Shown here in pieces: positions 40,441 to 51,970 of a stretch of 58,838 nt of DNA (positions within the stretch are counted from its first letter, which is position 1; each line of letters starts with the position of its first letter). Origin of the DNA: Pseudomonadota bacterium. GTDB taxonomy: Bacteria; Pseudomonadota; Alphaproteobacteria; MPNO01; UBA830. The notes under the pieces are model-generated. The model made no database searches, was not told the origin of the DNA, and worked only from the letters and a program-made list of their open reading frames with translations. A program made the translations under genes and the position numbers. Location: assembly GCA_036336685.1 (NCBI GenBank), contig JAYZFO010000041.1, positions 1 through 58,838 on the forward strand, given 5' to 3'.

Positions 40441-41349
40441 ATGGCTATGCCAGAGTTTACCATGCGTCAGCTCCTCGAAGCTGGGGTCCATTTTGGACAT
40501 AATACACGTCGCTGGAATCCAAAAATGGAGTCTTTCATTTTTGGCGTTCGTAACAATGTGCATATTATTGATTTGCAGCAGACTGTCCCAATGCTTCATG
40601 CCGCCTTAGCAGCCGTTCGTGAAGTCACTGCGGGGGGCGGGCGTGTCCTGTTCGTCGGGACGAAGCGGCAAGCAAGTCAAATTGTATCAGAAGCGGCTGG
40701 TCGGTGCGGTCAATACTATGTCAATCACCGTTGGCTTGGCGGGATGCTGACAAACTGGAAAACAATAACCGCGTCCATCAAAAGATTACACGAACTTGAG
40801 CAGATGCTTAATTCAGAGGAAATTGCGGAAGGTCTGACAAAAAAAGAGCTGCTAAATTTGACACGAGAACAAGAAAAGCTGGACCGTTCGCTTGGTGTTA
40901 TTAAGGACATGGGTGGACTACCAGATATGCTATTCATTATTGATACGAATAAAGAAGAATTAGCGGTTGCAGAAGCTTCGAAACTTGGGATTCCTATAGT
41001 CGCTGTAATAGACAGTAATTCAAGCCCTAATAATATAACGTTTCCTATCCCTGGAAATGATGACGCAATAAGATCGATTTCCCTTTATTGTGATCTGGTA
41101 GCGGGTTCAGTCCTCGACGGATTGCAACAGGAAGCAATTACTGGTGGAACGGATACCGGCGAAGGCGTTGAGGCACCAGAGGAGATGATACCAAGCTCTG
41201 AGGAGCTAATCGCTGTGGCGGAAGCAAATACGAGGACTGAAACTGAAGTCGATGCTCAACCATCCGCGAACGTATCTGATGCTGATGATAATGCTAATGC
41301 AAAGGGAGAGGAAAGTCAGAAACAGATTGAAGAACCAAAAGATGCGTAA
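40441..41349 (+). CDS. rpsB: 30S ribosomal protein S2, with a C-terminal acidic extension of about 70 aa
   Basis: [20 protein letters not shown] is the typical S2 N-terminus. The ORF-track start at 40369 is rejected. Confidence 0.95.
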   Translation: MAMPEFTMRQLLEAGVHFGHNTRRWNPKMESFIFGVRNNVHIIDLQQTVPMLHAALAAVREVTAGGGRVLFVGTKRQASQIVSEAAGRCGQYYVNHRWLGGMLTNWKTITASIKRLHELEQMLNSEEIAEGLTKKELLNLTREQEKLDRSLGVIKDMGGLPDMLFIIDTNKEELAVAEASKLGIPIVAVIDSNSSPNNITFPIPGNDDAIRSISLYCDLVAGSVLDGLQQEAITGGTDTGEGVEAPEEMIPSSEELIAVAEANTRTETEVDAQPSANVSDADDNANAKGEESQKQIEEPKDA

Positions 41350-41385
41350 CCAAATTGCTCAATTAGTTGATAAAGAGGTTGGATA

Positions 41386-42309
41386 ATGGCTGAGGTAACT
41401 GCGTTGTTGGTTAAGGCGCTACGGGATAAATCAGGCGCCGGTATGATGGATTGTAAGCATGCTCTAATTGAAAACAGTTGTGATATGGATGCGTCTGTGG
41501 ATTGGCTTCGTAAAAAGGGTTTGGCAGCAGCGGCGAAAAAGGCTGGCCGAATAGCTGCAGAAGGTTTAGTGGCGGTAGCGGTTGAAGGAAATCGAGGCGC
41601 AATAGTGGAAGTAAATTCCGAAACAGATTTCGTCGCTCGTAACCCAGAATTTCAATCTTTTGTCGGACAAATTGCGTCGACCGCACTTCGCTTTGGCGGT
41701 GATTATCACAAGACTTTAACCGCGGAGATGGGTGCTGATAATTCTGTAGAAGCCGCGGTTACTAGTATGGTTGGTGCGATCGGAGAGCACCTCAACTTTC
41801 GCCGTGCGCAGGGCGTTTCGGTGAATGAGGGTATAGTAGCCTCTTATGTCCATAGTCCTACAGCACCAGATATGGGTCGAATTGGTGTTTTAGTTGGGCT
41901 CGAATCTATTGCGGACGAAGCAAAATTATTAGCGTTAGGTAAACAACTTGCAATGCATGTTGCGGCCTCAAATCCACTATGGGTTGCTCAGAGTGATGTT
42001 GATAGCAAGGCGATAGATCGTGAGCGAGAAGTTTTATCTGCGCAGGCGCGGGATTCGGGGAAGCCCGAAGAGATTGTAAGCAAAATGGTTGACGGCCGTA
42101 TGCGTAAGTATTTTGAAGAAGTATGTCTTCTGGAACAAATTTTTGTAATAGATGGAGAGGCGAAAGTGGCGGAGGCCCTTGCTGCTGCGGAGCTGGACGT
42201 TGGTGCACCTATAAAGATTACTGGTTTCGCTCGTGTTCACATTGGTGAGGGTGTGGAACGAGAAGACACGGACTTTGCCACTGAAGTCGCGGCTACGGCG
42301 GCAAGTTAA
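41386..42309 (+). CDS. tsf: Elongation factor Ts
   Basis: It begins [27 protein letters not shown] and is 307 aa. Confidence 0.95.
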   Translation: MAEVTALLVKALRDKSGAGMMDCKHALIENSCDMDASVDWLRKKGLAAAAKKAGRIAAEGLVAVAVEGNRGAIVEVNSETDFVARNPEFQSFVGQIASTALRFGGDYHKTLTAEMGADNSVEAAVTSMVGAIGEHLNFRRAQGVSVNEGIVASYVHSPTAPDMGRIGVLVGLESIADEAKLLALGKQLAMHVAASNPLWVAQSDVDSKAIDREREVLSAQARDSGKPEEIVSKMVDGRMRKYFEEVCLLEQIFVIDGEAKVAEALAAAELDVGAPIKITGFARVHIGEGVEREDTDFATEVAATAAS

Positions 42310-42322
42310 AGGTTTATGTTGC

Positions 42323-43057
42323 ATGGGAGTAGTCGAAAACCTCCGCTTTAAAAGAGTCCTCTTAAAGGTGTCGGGCGAAGCACTAATGGGGAAAGATGAT
42401 TTTGGCATAGACCCCCAAACCGTTCATCGGATTGCGAATGAGATAAAGGAAGTAGCAGAAATAGGAGGAGAGGTTTGCCTTGTAATCGGCGGAGGTAATA
42501 TCTTTCGCGGCATGTCCGGTGCTGCGGCCGGTCTGGAGCGGGGTACGGCGGATTACATGGGAATGCTCGGTACAGTAATGAATGCTTTGGCAATGCAGGG
42601 AGCTCTCGAACATATCGGTGTTTCAACGAGGGTGCAATCGGCGATACCAATGGCAACCATCTGTGAACCATTTATTAGACGTCGAGCGATCCGTCATATG
42701 GAAAAAGGGCGAGTAGTAATTTTTGCTGCAGGTACCGGAAATCCATATTTTACAACGGATACCGCAGCGGCCCTAAGGGCGACAGAGATGAATTGTGATG
42801 CGATCCTTAAAGGAACTATAGTAGATGGCGTGTATTCTGCAGACCCGAATAAGGTGAGAGATGCACAACGTTATGATGAACTCAGTTACTTGGATGTATT
42901 ATCGCGTGATTTAAGGGTGATGGATGCTTCGGCTGTTTCGCTAGCAAGAGAAAATGGTATTCCAATCCTTGTTTTCTCAATACAAAAACCCAATGCCTTT
43001 GCGGGCGTTGTTCGTGGGGAAGGTACATTTACGATAATCACAGAACCCATGTCGTAG
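42323..43057 (+). CDS. pyrH: UMP kinase
   Basis: It has [13 protein letters not shown] and GGGNIFRG. The ATG at 42323 follows the tsf stop. The ORF-track start at 42233 overlaps tsf by 77 nt. Confidence 0.94.
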   Translation: MGVVENLRFKRVLLKVSGEALMGKDDFGIDPQTVHRIANEIKEVAEIGGEVCLVIGGGNIFRGMSGAAAGLERGTADYMGMLGTVMNALAMQGALEHIGVSTRVQSAIPMATICEPFIRRRAIRHMEKGRVVIFAAGTGNPYFTTDTAAALRATEMNCDAILKGTIVDGVYSADPNKVRDAQRYDELSYLDVLSRDLRVMDASAVSLARENGIPILVFSIQKPNAFAGVVRGEGTFTIITEPMS

Positions 43058-43071
43058 GGAGGTAGCTTGCT

Positions 43072-43629
43072 ATGGCTGATCCAAACATTGATGATCTAAA
43101 ACGTCGTATGAATGGTGCGTTAGGAGTTTTGAAGAGCGAGTTTAGTGGTTTACGTACAGGCCGTGCTTCACCGGCTCTGCTTGAGCATGTTCAAGTAGAG
43201 GCTTACGGGTCAAGTCTGCCAATGAATCAGGTTGGAACCGTGAGCGCACCAGATGCGCGCACTTTGTCAGTTCAAGTTTGGGATAATTCCTTGGCTAATG
43301 CTGTTGAAAGAGCAATCAGGGACTCTGATCTAGGACTTAATCCACAAACCGAAGGTGCTGTTATTCGTGTTCCCGTCCCTCAACTTTCAGAAGAACGGCG
43401 TGTTGAACTCACTAAGGTAGCGGGTAAATATGGCGAACAGGCAAGGGTTGCCGTCCGCAACGTGCGTAGAGACGGTATTGATATGTTAAAGCGAATGCAA
43501 CGAGATGGAGAACTTTCGCAAGACGAACAGCGCGCATGGACAGAAGAAATACAAGTACTGACTGATAGCGTCGTTAAGGAAATAGATAACGCTTTGGGCG
43601 TTAAGGAAACCGAAATTCTTCAGGTTTAG
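43072..43629 (+). CDS. frr: Ribosome recycling factor
   Basis: It is 185 aa with [21 protein letters not shown]. Confidence 0.95.
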   Translation: MADPNIDDLKRRMNGALGVLKSEFSGLRTGRASPALLEHVQVEAYGSSLPMNQVGTVSAPDARTLSVQVWDNSLANAVERAIRDSDLGLNPQTEGAVIRVPVPQLSEERRVELTKVAGKYGEQARVAVRNVRRDGIDMLKRMQRDGELSQDEQRAWTEEIQVLTDSVVKEIDNALGVKETEILQV

Positions 43630-43632
43630 GTA

Positions 43633-44367
43633 ATGGTGGGAGTTCCTAGTCAAGTAAAGCCCCGTGGAGACCCGATACACGTAGCTATTATTATGGATGG
43701 TAATGGTCGATGGGCTCAGGCTCGAAAGTTACCCCGGTCGGCTGGTCACGCGGAAGGCGCAAAAGCTGTTAGTCGAACCGTGGAAGCTTCGAAAAAACTT
43801 GGCGTACGGTATCTCACTTTGTTTGGGTTTTCTATGGAGAATTGGAAGAGGCCGTTAAATGAAGTAAAGGATTTAATGCAGCTATTTAGAATATATCTAA
43901 AAAAAGATATTGATAAATTAGGGACGGAAGGAGTGCGTTTGCGATTTATCGGCGATCGTAGTCTTCTAGAGCCCGATATTGTGGCTTTGATTGAACTTTC
44001 AGAGTGTAAAACTAAACATAATAATGATCTTGATCTCATCGTGGCGCTGAGTTACGGAAGTCGACAGGAAATTACTTTGGCTGCGAAGCAGTTGGCTAGA
44101 GATGTGATTGGCGGCGAACTTGAGCCCGATTCTATAGATGAAGACATCTTAGCTTCTAGACTTTCTACTGGTGGTATACCTGATCCCGACCTCGTTATTA
44201 GAACGAGCGGCGAACACCGGATCAGCAACTTTTTGCTTTGGCAGTCTGCATATAGCGAATTTGTTTTCACGGATGTACTGTGGCCAGATTTTTGCGGTAA
44301 AGAGTTAGAGCAGTCGATAAAGGAATTTGGACGACGTGAACGTCGCTATGGTTCGACCGCTAAATAA
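43633..44367 (+). CDS. uppS: Undecaprenyl (isoprenyl) diphosphate synthase
   Basis: It has HVAIIMDGNGRWA and IRTSGEHRISNFLLWQ. Confidence 0.94.
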   Translation: MVGVPSQVKPRGDPIHVAIIMDGNGRWAQARKLPRSAGHAEGAKAVSRTVEASKKLGVRYLTLFGFSMENWKRPLNEVKDLMQLFRIYLKKDIDKLGTEGVRLRFIGDRSLLEPDIVALIELSECKTKHNNDLDLIVALSYGSRQEITLAAKQLARDVIGGELEPDSIDEDILASRLSTGGIPDPDLVIRTSGEHRISNFLLWQSAYSEFVFTDVLWPDFCGKELEQSIKEFGRRERRYGSTAK

Positions 44368-45157
44368 ATTTTATACCACTAACTTTCTTCGAAGGTTATT
44401 GTCCGGCCTCGTTGGCGCTCCAATTGCTCTAGCTGTTGTCTACCTTGGTAGCCCTTTCTTTGATGTACTGGTGATTTTTTTAACTACTCTGATGGCTTGG
44501 GAATGGATGCGTTTTTCCGTTGCTAGCTTTCTTAATCTTTGGGACGTCTTGATTGATGCAGCGATCGTGATGGCGTTGGTTAGCACGTATTTGGGTTGGC
44601 CTCACTTTGCATTTCTCGTCTTGGTGTTTGTTGGAGGCTTATTGTACTTCGTTCTGGGTAATAAGGGCATTCGAGGCGCCCGTCATTGTGCAATTGGGAT
44701 GGTGTTGTTTGGGGCGTTCGCTATTTCATGTGTTTCTTTACGTTACTTTCCAGTAGTGGGCTTCGAGTTTACCTTATGGATTTTGGTAACTGTTTGGTTG
44801 ACCGACGTGGGTGCTTATTTCTTTGGGCGTTTAATTGGCGGGTGGCGTCTTGCATCTCGTATTAGCCCTAATAAGACGTGGGCGGGACTAGCAGGTGGTG
44901 TGTTGTTGGCAAGTTCGTGGAGTGGAATTTGGTTAACGTCGACTGGATACAGTGATTTGCACATTGCGCTTATAGTGGGCGGAGTAGCTGGGTGTTTTGC
45001 TCAACTTGGTGATTTGGCGATGTCTGCGGTAAAAAGGAATTTTGGAGTTAAAGATTCGAGTAATTTGATACCTGGCCATGGTGGTTTCATTGATCGCTTG
45101 GATGGTTTCCTTTTTACAGTACCCCTGTTAGTGGTCACGTTATTCGTTCTTGAGTAA
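44348..45157 (+). CDS. cdsA: Phosphatidate cytidylyltransferase
   Basis: It has the signature SAVKRNFGVKDSSNLIPGHGGFIDRLD. The start is ATG at 44348 or TTG at 44327. Confidence 0.9.
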   Translation: MVRPLNKFYTTNFLRRLLSGLVGAPIALAVVYLGSPFFDVLVIFLTTLMAWEWMRFSVASFLNLWDVLIDAAIVMALVSTYLGWPHFAFLVLVFVGGLLYFVLGNKGIRGARHCAIGMVLFGAFAISCVSLRYFPVVGFEFTLWILVTVWLTDVGAYFFGRLIGGWRLASRISPNKTWAGLAGGVLLASSWSGIWLTSTGYSDLHIALIVGGVAGCFAQLGDLAMSAVKRNFGVKDSSNLIPGHGGFIDRLDGFLFTVPLLVVTLFVLE

Positions 45158-45167
45158 GGTGAAGACG

Positions 45168-46361
45168 ATGAGTGACCATAATAATTTCTTTGAAAAGGTT
45201 CGACGCGTAAGTGTTTTAGGTGCGACGGGTTCTGTGGGTAAGTCCACTGTGGAACTGATCGAGTCCAATCGTGACTTCTATGATGTGCAGGCTTTAACCG
45301 CTAACAATAATGTAAAATTACTAGCTGATCAGGCTCGGCGTCTAGACGCAAGCTTTGTCGCGATTGCTAATCCGGAAAAATATAATGAACTCAAATCTGA
45401 GGTTAGTGGCGTGGGCATAGAGATTGCGGCTGGTCCAGAAAGTATAGTTGAGGCGGCGGCCCGGGATACTGATTGGGTTATGGCGGCTATCGTGGGAGCT
45501 GCTGGATTAAAACCAACAATCCAGGCGGTAAAAAATGCTGCCGTTGTAGCGCTTGCAAATAAGGAATGCCTAGTTTGCGCGGGTGGGTTGATGCTTGACG
45601 AAGTAATTAAAAGCGGATGCACCCTTTTACCTGTTGATTCCGAGCATAATGCAATATTTCAAGTATTTAACTTTGATAATCGTGAGGAAATAGAAAAAAT
45701 AATTCTCACAGCGTCTGGAGGTCCTTTTTGGTTAAAGAGTTATGAAGAAATGAGTGGTGTTACTCCGACTGAGGCTATTGCGCATCCAAATTGGGATATG
45801 GGGGATAAGATATCCATCGATTCTGCAACAATGATGAATAAAGGCCTCGAGTTGATCGAGGCTCATTTTCTTTTTGGTTTGCCAGAAACGAAGATAGAAG
45901 TACTGGTTCATCCTCAATCCATTATCCATAGTATGGTGGAGTATATTGATGGTTCCATATTGGCCCAATTAGGGTCACCGGATATGCGGATACCGATTTC
46001 CTATACTTTAGCCTGGCCTCGTCGTATGGAAATACAGAAGCGTAATCTTAAGTTGGAGGAAATTGGGACTCTTACATTTGAACCTCCCGATACACAGAAA
46101 TTCCCTGCTCTTATGTTGGCGCGAGAAGCATTAAAAATTGGTAACTCCGCACCGGTGGCATTAAATGCTGCTAATGAAGAAGCGGTCGCGGCATTTTTGT
46201 GTGGGAAGGTGAGTTTTACAGATATTGCGAAAATAGTTGACCAAATTCTCGAACGAACGTCATTTAAAAAGATAGAGTCTATTGGTGATGTATTATCGAT
46301 TGATGATATAGCTAGACGCCTTGCCCAAGATAAGGTTGCAGACCTTACCGTTCAAGTATGA
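45168..46361 (+). CDS. dxr: 1-deoxy-D-xylulose 5-phosphate reductoisomerase
   Basis: It has VLGATGSVG, LANKE, DSEHNAIFQ and NKGLE. I prefer the ATG at 45168 over the TTG at 45150. Confidence 0.94.
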   Translation: MSDHNNFFEKVRRVSVLGATGSVGKSTVELIESNRDFYDVQALTANNNVKLLADQARRLDASFVAIANPEKYNELKSEVSGVGIEIAAGPESIVEAAARDTDWVMAAIVGAAGLKPTIQAVKNAAVVALANKECLVCAGGLMLDEVIKSGCTLLPVDSEHNAIFQVFNFDNREEIEKIILTASGGPFWLKSYEEMSGVTPTEAIAHPNWDMGDKISIDSATMMNKGLELIEAHFLFGLPETKIEVLVHPQSIIHSMVEYIDGSILAQLGSPDMRIPISYTLAWPRRMEIQKRNLKLEEIGTLTFEPPDTQKFPALMLAREALKIGNSAPVALNAANEEAVAAFLCGKVSFTDIAKIVDQILERTSFKKIESIGDVLSIDDIARRLAQDKVADLTVQV

Positions 46362-46413
46362 CCCATGAACAATAAAAGGCAGTTTGTCGCGAAGTGGTGG
46401 TTGTTTTAAGCAA

Positions 46414-47550
46414 ATGATTGACTTTATAACCGATTGGTGGGTTATCCCATTTCTGATTGTTATAACTCCGTTAGTATTTTTTCACGAACTTGGGCACTAT
46501 TTAGCCGCCCGAGCTTGTAACGTGCGGGTTGAAATTTTTTCGGTAGGCTTTGGTCGCGAAATTTTAGGTTGGACCGATCGTTTTGGTACTCGTTGGAAGA
46601 TTGCGTTGTTTCCTATTGGCGGGTACGTCAAAATGTTTGGGGAAATGCAAAATATATCGAGTGAGAATTCCTCGATGTCGGAATTGTCCCAGGATGAAGC
46701 TGCGGTCGCTTTCCATACTAAATCAATTGCCCAGAGAGCTTTTATAGTAGTCGCGGGACCAATAGCGAATCTCGTGCTTGCGGTAATTATTCTTAGCGGA
46801 ATCTTCATGACCATGGGGCAACCATATACGCCGACAACAATTGGTTCGGTAATAGCTGGCTCCGCCGCTGATAGTGCTGGATTTCTTGAGGGCGACAAAA
46901 TCGTCGGTATTAATGGAAAAACGGTTAGACGCTTCGAAGAAGTTAGAGATATGGTTATGATAAATCCAGGGGTCACAATGGTCTTCTTGGTTAATAGGAA
47001 GGGTCAGACCGTTGAGTTAATAGCCATCCCGGACATGGTTAATGTAGAAACGGGTGTTGGAAATCAAGTGTATGGCCGCCTGGGTGTTTCGGCAGGTGCG
47101 GTTGGCCAGGAATTGAAGAAGCACGGGGCCTTTGGAGCAATGTTGGAAGGCGCAAAGCAAACTTACGTTTTGACTGAAAATATATTTACGGCGTTAGGAC
47201 AAATTATAAATGGCACACGAAAAACGGAGGAACTAGCAGGTCCAATCCGGATAGCAAAAATGTCTAGTGATGTTTGGAAGCTGGGAATAATAAACGTTTT
47301 GATGCTTGCCGCGATTTTGTCAATCAATTTAGGAATTGTTAACCTTTTTCCGGTACCATTATTAGATGGTGGACATTTGTTTTTTTACGGGATCGAGGCA
47401 TTGCGGGGACGTCCGCTTGGTGAGCGTGCTCAGGCATTTAGTATGCGTGTGGGTGTTTTTCTGCTCTTGGCGTTAATGTTATTTGTGACATTTAATGACA
47501 TTAGAATTTTGTTTAATCAATTTGTTGAGTTTTTTGTAAGGCTTATTTAG
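46414..47550 (+). CDS. rseP: RIP site-2 metalloprotease RseP (MmpA-like, single PDZ region)
   Basis: It has the HELGHY zinc motif near the N-terminus and NLFPVPLLDGGH near the C-terminus. Confidence 0.92.
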   Translation: MIDFITDWWVIPFLIVITPLVFFHELGHYLAARACNVRVEIFSVGFGREILGWTDRFGTRWKIALFPIGGYVKMFGEMQNISSENSSMSELSQDEAAVAFHTKSIAQRAFIVVAGPIANLVLAVIILSGIFMTMGQPYTPTTIGSVIAGSAADSAGFLEGDKIVGINGKTVRRFEEVRDMVMINPGVTMVFLVNRKGQTVELIAIPDMVNVETGVGNQVYGRLGVSAGAVGQELKKHGAFGAMLEGAKQTYVLTENIFTALGQIINGTRKTEELAGPIRIAKMSSDVWKLGIINVLMLAAILSINLGIVNLFPVPLLDGGHLFFYGIEALRGRPLGERAQAFSMRVGVFLLLALMLFVTFNDIRILFNQFVEFFVRLI

Positions 47551-47560
47551 GAGCGATAAA

Positions 47561-49849
47561 TTGCTAAAAAGGATTACTCTTAGTGTAGGTTTGGGCGCGA
47601 TCTATATTTTATTCTCTTTGACAGTAATTTCTCCTATGTCCTTTGCACAGGGGTCCGACAACCGGTTAAGGGAGATTAGGATAGAGGGTGCGCAAAGAAT
47701 TGAGCATGAAACCATTAAGTCTTATATGGGGATTGATGTCGGCGATACGATTTCTGACGGTGCCTTAGACAAAGCTCTAAAGAGTTTATTTGGAACGGGG
47801 CTTTTTGCGGACGTGCGAATGCAGCGTGATGGGTCCGTTATAGTGGTTCGAATCGTTGAAAATCCTATCGTTAACCAAATTGTATTTGAGGGAAATAAAT
47901 TTTTAGAAAAGGAATTATTAGAAAGCGAGGTAAAATTAAGGCCGCGTATAGTTTATACTAGGTCGCGTGTTCAGACCGATAGTCAACGGATCATTGAAAT
48001 ATACCGAAGGTCAGGACGGTTCGCAGCAACTGTCATACCAAAAATAATTAAGTTACCACAAAACCGAGTTGATTTGGTGTTCGAGATTAATGAAGGTCCG
48101 CCAACTGAAATACGAAAAATAGTATTTATTGGTAACAGAACGTTTTCGGATAGTGATTTACGAGAAATAATTCAAACTAAGGAATCGGCTTGGTATCGTT
48201 TCCTAACATCGCAAGACATATATGATCCTGATCGTTTAACGTTCGATCAAGAGTTGTTAAGGCGTCATTATCTTGCAAATGGGTATGCCGACTTCCGTGT
48301 TGTGTCTGCAGTGGCTGAACTGACTGGGGATCGAAAAAATTTCTTTATAACCTTTACAGTTGAAGAAGGTGATAGATATAGGTTCGGAAATATCGACATT
48401 AAAACCGAATTAAAAAATGTGAATGTTAAAACTTTGATCGATGGGTCACGAATAAAAACTGGTGAGTGGTACAATGCTGATCGATTAGAAAATACTATTG
48501 GGGTGCTATCCGACTCTGTTGGGGACTTGGGTTACGCGTTTGTAGATGTGCGCCCGAAAGTGAGACGAGATCGAGCGCGTCGAATTGTTGACGTTTCGTT
48601 CGTTATTCGAGAGGGAAGACGAGCCTTTGTTGAACTTGTTAATATTACTGGGAATGTAAGGACTTTGGATAAGGTTGTACGACGGGAAATGAGTCTTGTT
48701 GAGGGCGATGCGTTCAATACTTCTAAGTTGCGACTTTCGCGCCGGAACATTCAAAATTTGGGTTTTTTTGACCGTGTTGAAGTAGATACTAGAAGTGGAT
48801 CCACCCCCGATAAATCTGTAATTGAGGTAAAAGTAAAGGAACGTTCCACAGGATCAATTTCCTTCGGTGCGGGTTATTCTTCTACTAACGGAATATTAGG
48901 CGATACCAGTATTCGCGAACAAAACTTGTTAGGTCGAGGACAAGACTTAAAATTTGGAATTCAAGCAGGAGCTAAAACAAAACAAGCTGATATTTCTTTT
49001 ACAGAGCCATATTTCTTGGGTAAAAAGCTGACAGCAGGCTTTGACATATTTCGAACAATAAAAGACCTTCAATCTGAAAGCTCGTACGATAAACGCTCAA
49101 CGGGGTTTGCCTTGAGGACTGGTTACAAGGTCTCCAAGGAATTATCCCAACGCTGGAAATATACATTTAGAGGTGACAAGATAACCGATGTTCCGTCAAC
49201 AGCTTCTTTGGCAATAAAGGAACAGGAGGGGGATTCTGTAACATCATCCGTAGGCCATAAACTATTATTTGATAAACGAAATAATCGCCTAAACCCAACC
49301 AAGGGGTATTCCGTAGAGATAGATAATACCATTGCTGGTTTGGGGGGGGATACCAGATATTTTAGAAATGAATTAAGAATAGCCAGCTATTATCCTGTTA
49401 CGGAAAAGTGGACCATCCAATTATCTAGCGGGGTGGGTTACGTATTAGGTCTTGGCAAGGACGTTCGCATAGTTGATCGATTTTACCTTGGCGGTGATTC
49501 TCTGCGTGGTTTTGAAGTGTCAGGTTTAGGTCCCAGAGATAGTTCTACTGGGGACGCTGTGGGTGGAAATTGGTATTATAAAGGAACGCTTGGGGTCACA
49601 TTCCCGGTTGGCTTGCCAAAGGAATATGGTGTTAAAGGGCGAATTTTTAGTGATGCGGGTAGTGTTGGCGAAAATGACTCGTCTGTCTCCACGATTAAGG
49701 ATTCTTCGTCACTTCGCTTGTCTTTAGGAACGGGTTTAACTTGGTCATCACCTATCGGACCTATCAATATCGATTTTTCTAAAGCGTTGTTGAAAGAAAG
49801 CTTTGACAAAACCCAAACATTTAGATTTAGCCTTGGTGCCCAATTTTGA
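47561..49849 (+). CDS. bamA: Outer membrane protein assembly factor BamA
   Basis: It is 762 aa with a signal peptide, POTRA-like repeats and the terminal beta-signal FRFSLGAQF. The start is TTG. Confidence 0.93.
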   Translation: MLKRITLSVGLGAIYILFSLTVISPMSFAQGSDNRLREIRIEGAQRIEHETIKSYMGIDVGDTISDGALDKALKSLFGTGLFADVRMQRDGSVIVVRIVENPIVNQIVFEGNKFLEKELLESEVKLRPRIVYTRSRVQTDSQRIIEIYRRSGRFAATVIPKIIKLPQNRVDLVFEINEGPPTEIRKIVFIGNRTFSDSDLREIIQTKESAWYRFLTSQDIYDPDRLTFDQELLRRHYLANGYADFRVVSAVAELTGDRKNFFITFTVEEGDRYRFGNIDIKTELKNVNVKTLIDGSRIKTGEWYNADRLENTIGVLSDSVGDLGYAFVDVRPKVRRDRARRIVDVSFVIREGRRAFVELVNITGNVRTLDKVVRREMSLVEGDAFNTSKLRLSRRNIQNLGFFDRVEVDTRSGSTPDKSVIEVKVKERSTGSISFGAGYSSTNGILGDTSIREQNLLGRGQDLKFGIQAGAKTKQADISFTEPYFLGKKLTAGFDIFRTIKDLQSESSYDKRSTGFALRTGYKVSKELSQRWKYTFRGDKITDVPSTASLAIKEQEGDSVTSSVGHKLLFDKRNNRLNPTKGYSVEIDNTIAGLGGDTRYFRNELRIASYYPVTEKWTIQLSSGVGYVLGLGKDVRIVDRFYLGGDSLRGFEVSGLGPRDSSTGDAVGGNWYYKGTLGVTFPVGLPKEYGVKGRIFSDAGSVGENDSSVSTIKDSSSLRLSLGTGLTWSSPIGPINIDFSKALLKESFDKTQTFRFSLGAQF

Positions 49850-49851
49850 TT

Positions 49852-50463
49852 ATGAGGATGAAGAGCACTATCGGTAAGCTATTACACTGCGCGGTTGCCG
49901 GCGTATTAGTAATCAGCTGTTGCTGCGTCTTTGAAATAGTAGATGTTCGAGCAAAAGAAACCCCAACTCAGCTTTTGGGAGTTTTAGATGTTCAGAGGAT
50001 TCTCACGGAATCGTTGGCATCGAAGAGGATAAGACCAGAGCTAAATAAGCTCCGTAAAGAATTTCAAAAACAGGTAAGCGATCAGGAACGTAAATTGAGA
50101 CAAGCTGAACAGGAGTTATCACGAAACCGGGTGCTTCTTGCACCAGAGGCCTTTGCAAAGAAAAGGCGGTTATTTAGTGCGGAAGCTCGCAAGGTACAAA
50201 AGAGTGTGAGGCTCCGTAAGAGTGAGTTAGATCGTGTTATCGCAGGGACTAAAAACGAAATTTTAAAAAATTTAATTGTTGTTGCTAAAGAGGTGGCTAA
50301 AAAACGAAAACTTTCGGTTCTAATGGAAAAAAGGTTTGTTTTTCTTTCACATAGGTCCCTTGATGTTACCAACGAAATCATAACTCTTTTGAATAAGCGT
50401 TTACCGACCGTCAAAATTGTTTTTGAAAAGGCGGGTAAAGGTTCGAAAAAAGGAACTAAGTAA
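49852..50463 (+). CDS. skp: OmpH/Skp-family periplasmic chaperone
   Basis: It has a signal-like N-terminus and a Lys/Arg/Glu-rich coiled-coil body. Its position between bamA and lpxD is conserved. Confidence 0.85.
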   Translation: MRMKSTIGKLLHCAVAGVLVISCCCVFEIVDVRAKETPTQLLGVLDVQRILTESLASKRIRPELNKLRKEFQKQVSDQERKLRQAEQELSRNRVLLAPEAFAKKRRLFSAEARKVQKSVRLRKSELDRVIAGTKNEILKNLIVVAKEVAKKRKLSVLMEKRFVFLSHRSLDVTNEIITLLNKRLPTVKIVFEKAGKGSKKGTK

Positions 50464-50465
50464 AT

Positions 50466-51494
50466 ATGGCGCCTGATTTGAGATTTTTTCCCACTAGCGT
50501 CAGCCTTACGATAGAAGAAATAGCGCTTGTAGCAGAAGCGCAAATTGTGCGGCGAGAAAATGACAAAAGAATATATACTAACGTTGCACCGCTAGGCAGC
50601 GCCCAGTCATCTGATGTGAGTTTTCTCGATAATAAATTGTATCTTCGTGAATACGAAAATACTGGTGCTGGGTGTTGTATTGTTGATCGAGCGTTGTCGA
50701 TTGGGTCCCCATCTAATATGGAAGTTTTAGGTAGTAATCAACCTTATTTATCGTACGCTCGTGTTGCGACCGCATTTCATCCAGACTGGGATAAGTCGTA
50801 TTATCCTGTGGATTCAGATGATCGTGTTCATAATTCTGTGTTATTAGGTAAAGGGTCTGTAATCAGCGAAGGCACAGTTATTGCGCCCAATGTAACCATT
50901 GGTGATAACACTATTATTGGGCCTAATGTTTATATTGGAGACGCAGTTACAATTGGCAAAAATTGTAAGATCGGGCCTTCGGTAACAATTCGTTATAGTC
51001 TTATAGGTAACAATGTATCTATTTATTCTGGTGCACGACTTGGTGAGGCAGGGTTTGGGTTTGCACCATCTGTAGCCGGTCCTGTTAGCGTCCCACAATT
51101 GGGGAGAGTGATAATTGGTGACAACGTGGAGGTGGGGGCTAACACAACAATTGATCGTGGGGCGGGTCCGGACACCGTTGTTGGGGAAGGAACTAGGATT
51201 GATAATCTTGTTCAGATCGGGCACAACGTTCAGATTGGTCGAATGTGTGTTATAGTGGCCCAAGCTGGGATAGCGGGTAGCACAGTTATTGGGGACATGG
51301 TTCAAATTGGTGGTCAGGCGGGAATTTCTGGTCATTTGTATGTTGGAGAAGGCGCAAAAGTTGCAGGGCGTTCGGGGGTTATGAAGGACGTTGAATCAGG
51401 GACGACAGTAGCTGGGATCCCAGCTGTTCCTGTGCGGCAATGGCATAGGCAGTCGTTAATGCTCGCCGGTCTAGCTACTAAAAGTAAACGGTAA
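50466..51494 (+). CDS. lpxD: UDP-3-O-acylglucosamine N-acyltransferase
   Basis: It is 342 aa with long hexapeptide (left-handed beta-helix) repeats, and it sits in the conserved position. Confidence 0.93.
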   Translation: MAPDLRFFPTSVSLTIEEIALVAEAQIVRRENDKRIYTNVAPLGSAQSSDVSFLDNKLYLREYENTGAGCCIVDRALSIGSPSNMEVLGSNQPYLSYARVATAFHPDWDKSYYPVDSDDRVHNSVLLGKGSVISEGTVIAPNVTIGDNTIIGPNVYIGDAVTIGKNCKIGPSVTIRYSLIGNNVSIYSGARLGEAGFGFAPSVAGPVSVPQLGRVIIGDNVEVGANTTIDRGAGPDTVVGEGTRIDNLVQIGHNVQIGRMCVIVAQAGIAGSTVIGDMVQIGGQAGISGHLYVGEGAKVAGRSGVMKDVESGTTVAGIPAVPVRQWHRQSLMLAGLATKSKR

Positions 51495-51516
51495 CCGAGT
51501 TAATCTTGAGGTTGGT

Positions 51517-51963
51517 ATGAAAGTCGATCAAATCGATATCAATCGGATAATGGAAATGATTCCGCATCGGCATCCATTCCTCATGATTGATCGTATCGTA
51601 GATTTAGTTCCTAACGTAGGGGCTACTGGAATCAAAAATGTGACGATCAACGAAAATTATTTTCAAGGCCATTTTCCTAACCATCCAGTCATGCCAGGGG
51701 TCTTAATCATTGAGGCTATGGCTCAAACCGCAGCTGTGCTCGTTGTGCACACACTGGGCACAGACGCAGAGGGAAAACTCGTTTATTTCATGTCCGTAGA
51801 TGGAGCTAGATTTAGGAAGCCTGTAGAGCCAGGTGATCAATTATCGGTCGAAGTAAAAAAACAAAGAAGCAGGGGGAATGTTTGGAAGTTTGCAGGACGT
51901 GCGATTGTTGATGACACCTTGGTGGCCGAAGCTACCTATGCAGCAATGATACTTGATAGCTGA
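51517..51963 (+). CDS. fabZ: 3-hydroxyacyl-ACP dehydratase
   Basis: It has [13 protein letters not shown] and [12 protein letters not shown]. Confidence 0.95.
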   Translation: MKVDQIDINRIMEMIPHRHPFLMIDRIVDLVPNVGATGIKNVTINENYFQGHFPNHPVMPGVLIIEAMAQTAAVLVVHTLGTDAEGKLVYFMSVDGARFRKPVEPGDQLSVEVKKQRSRGNVWKFAGRAIVDDTLVAEATYAAMILDS

Positions 51964-51970
51964 TTGGCGG

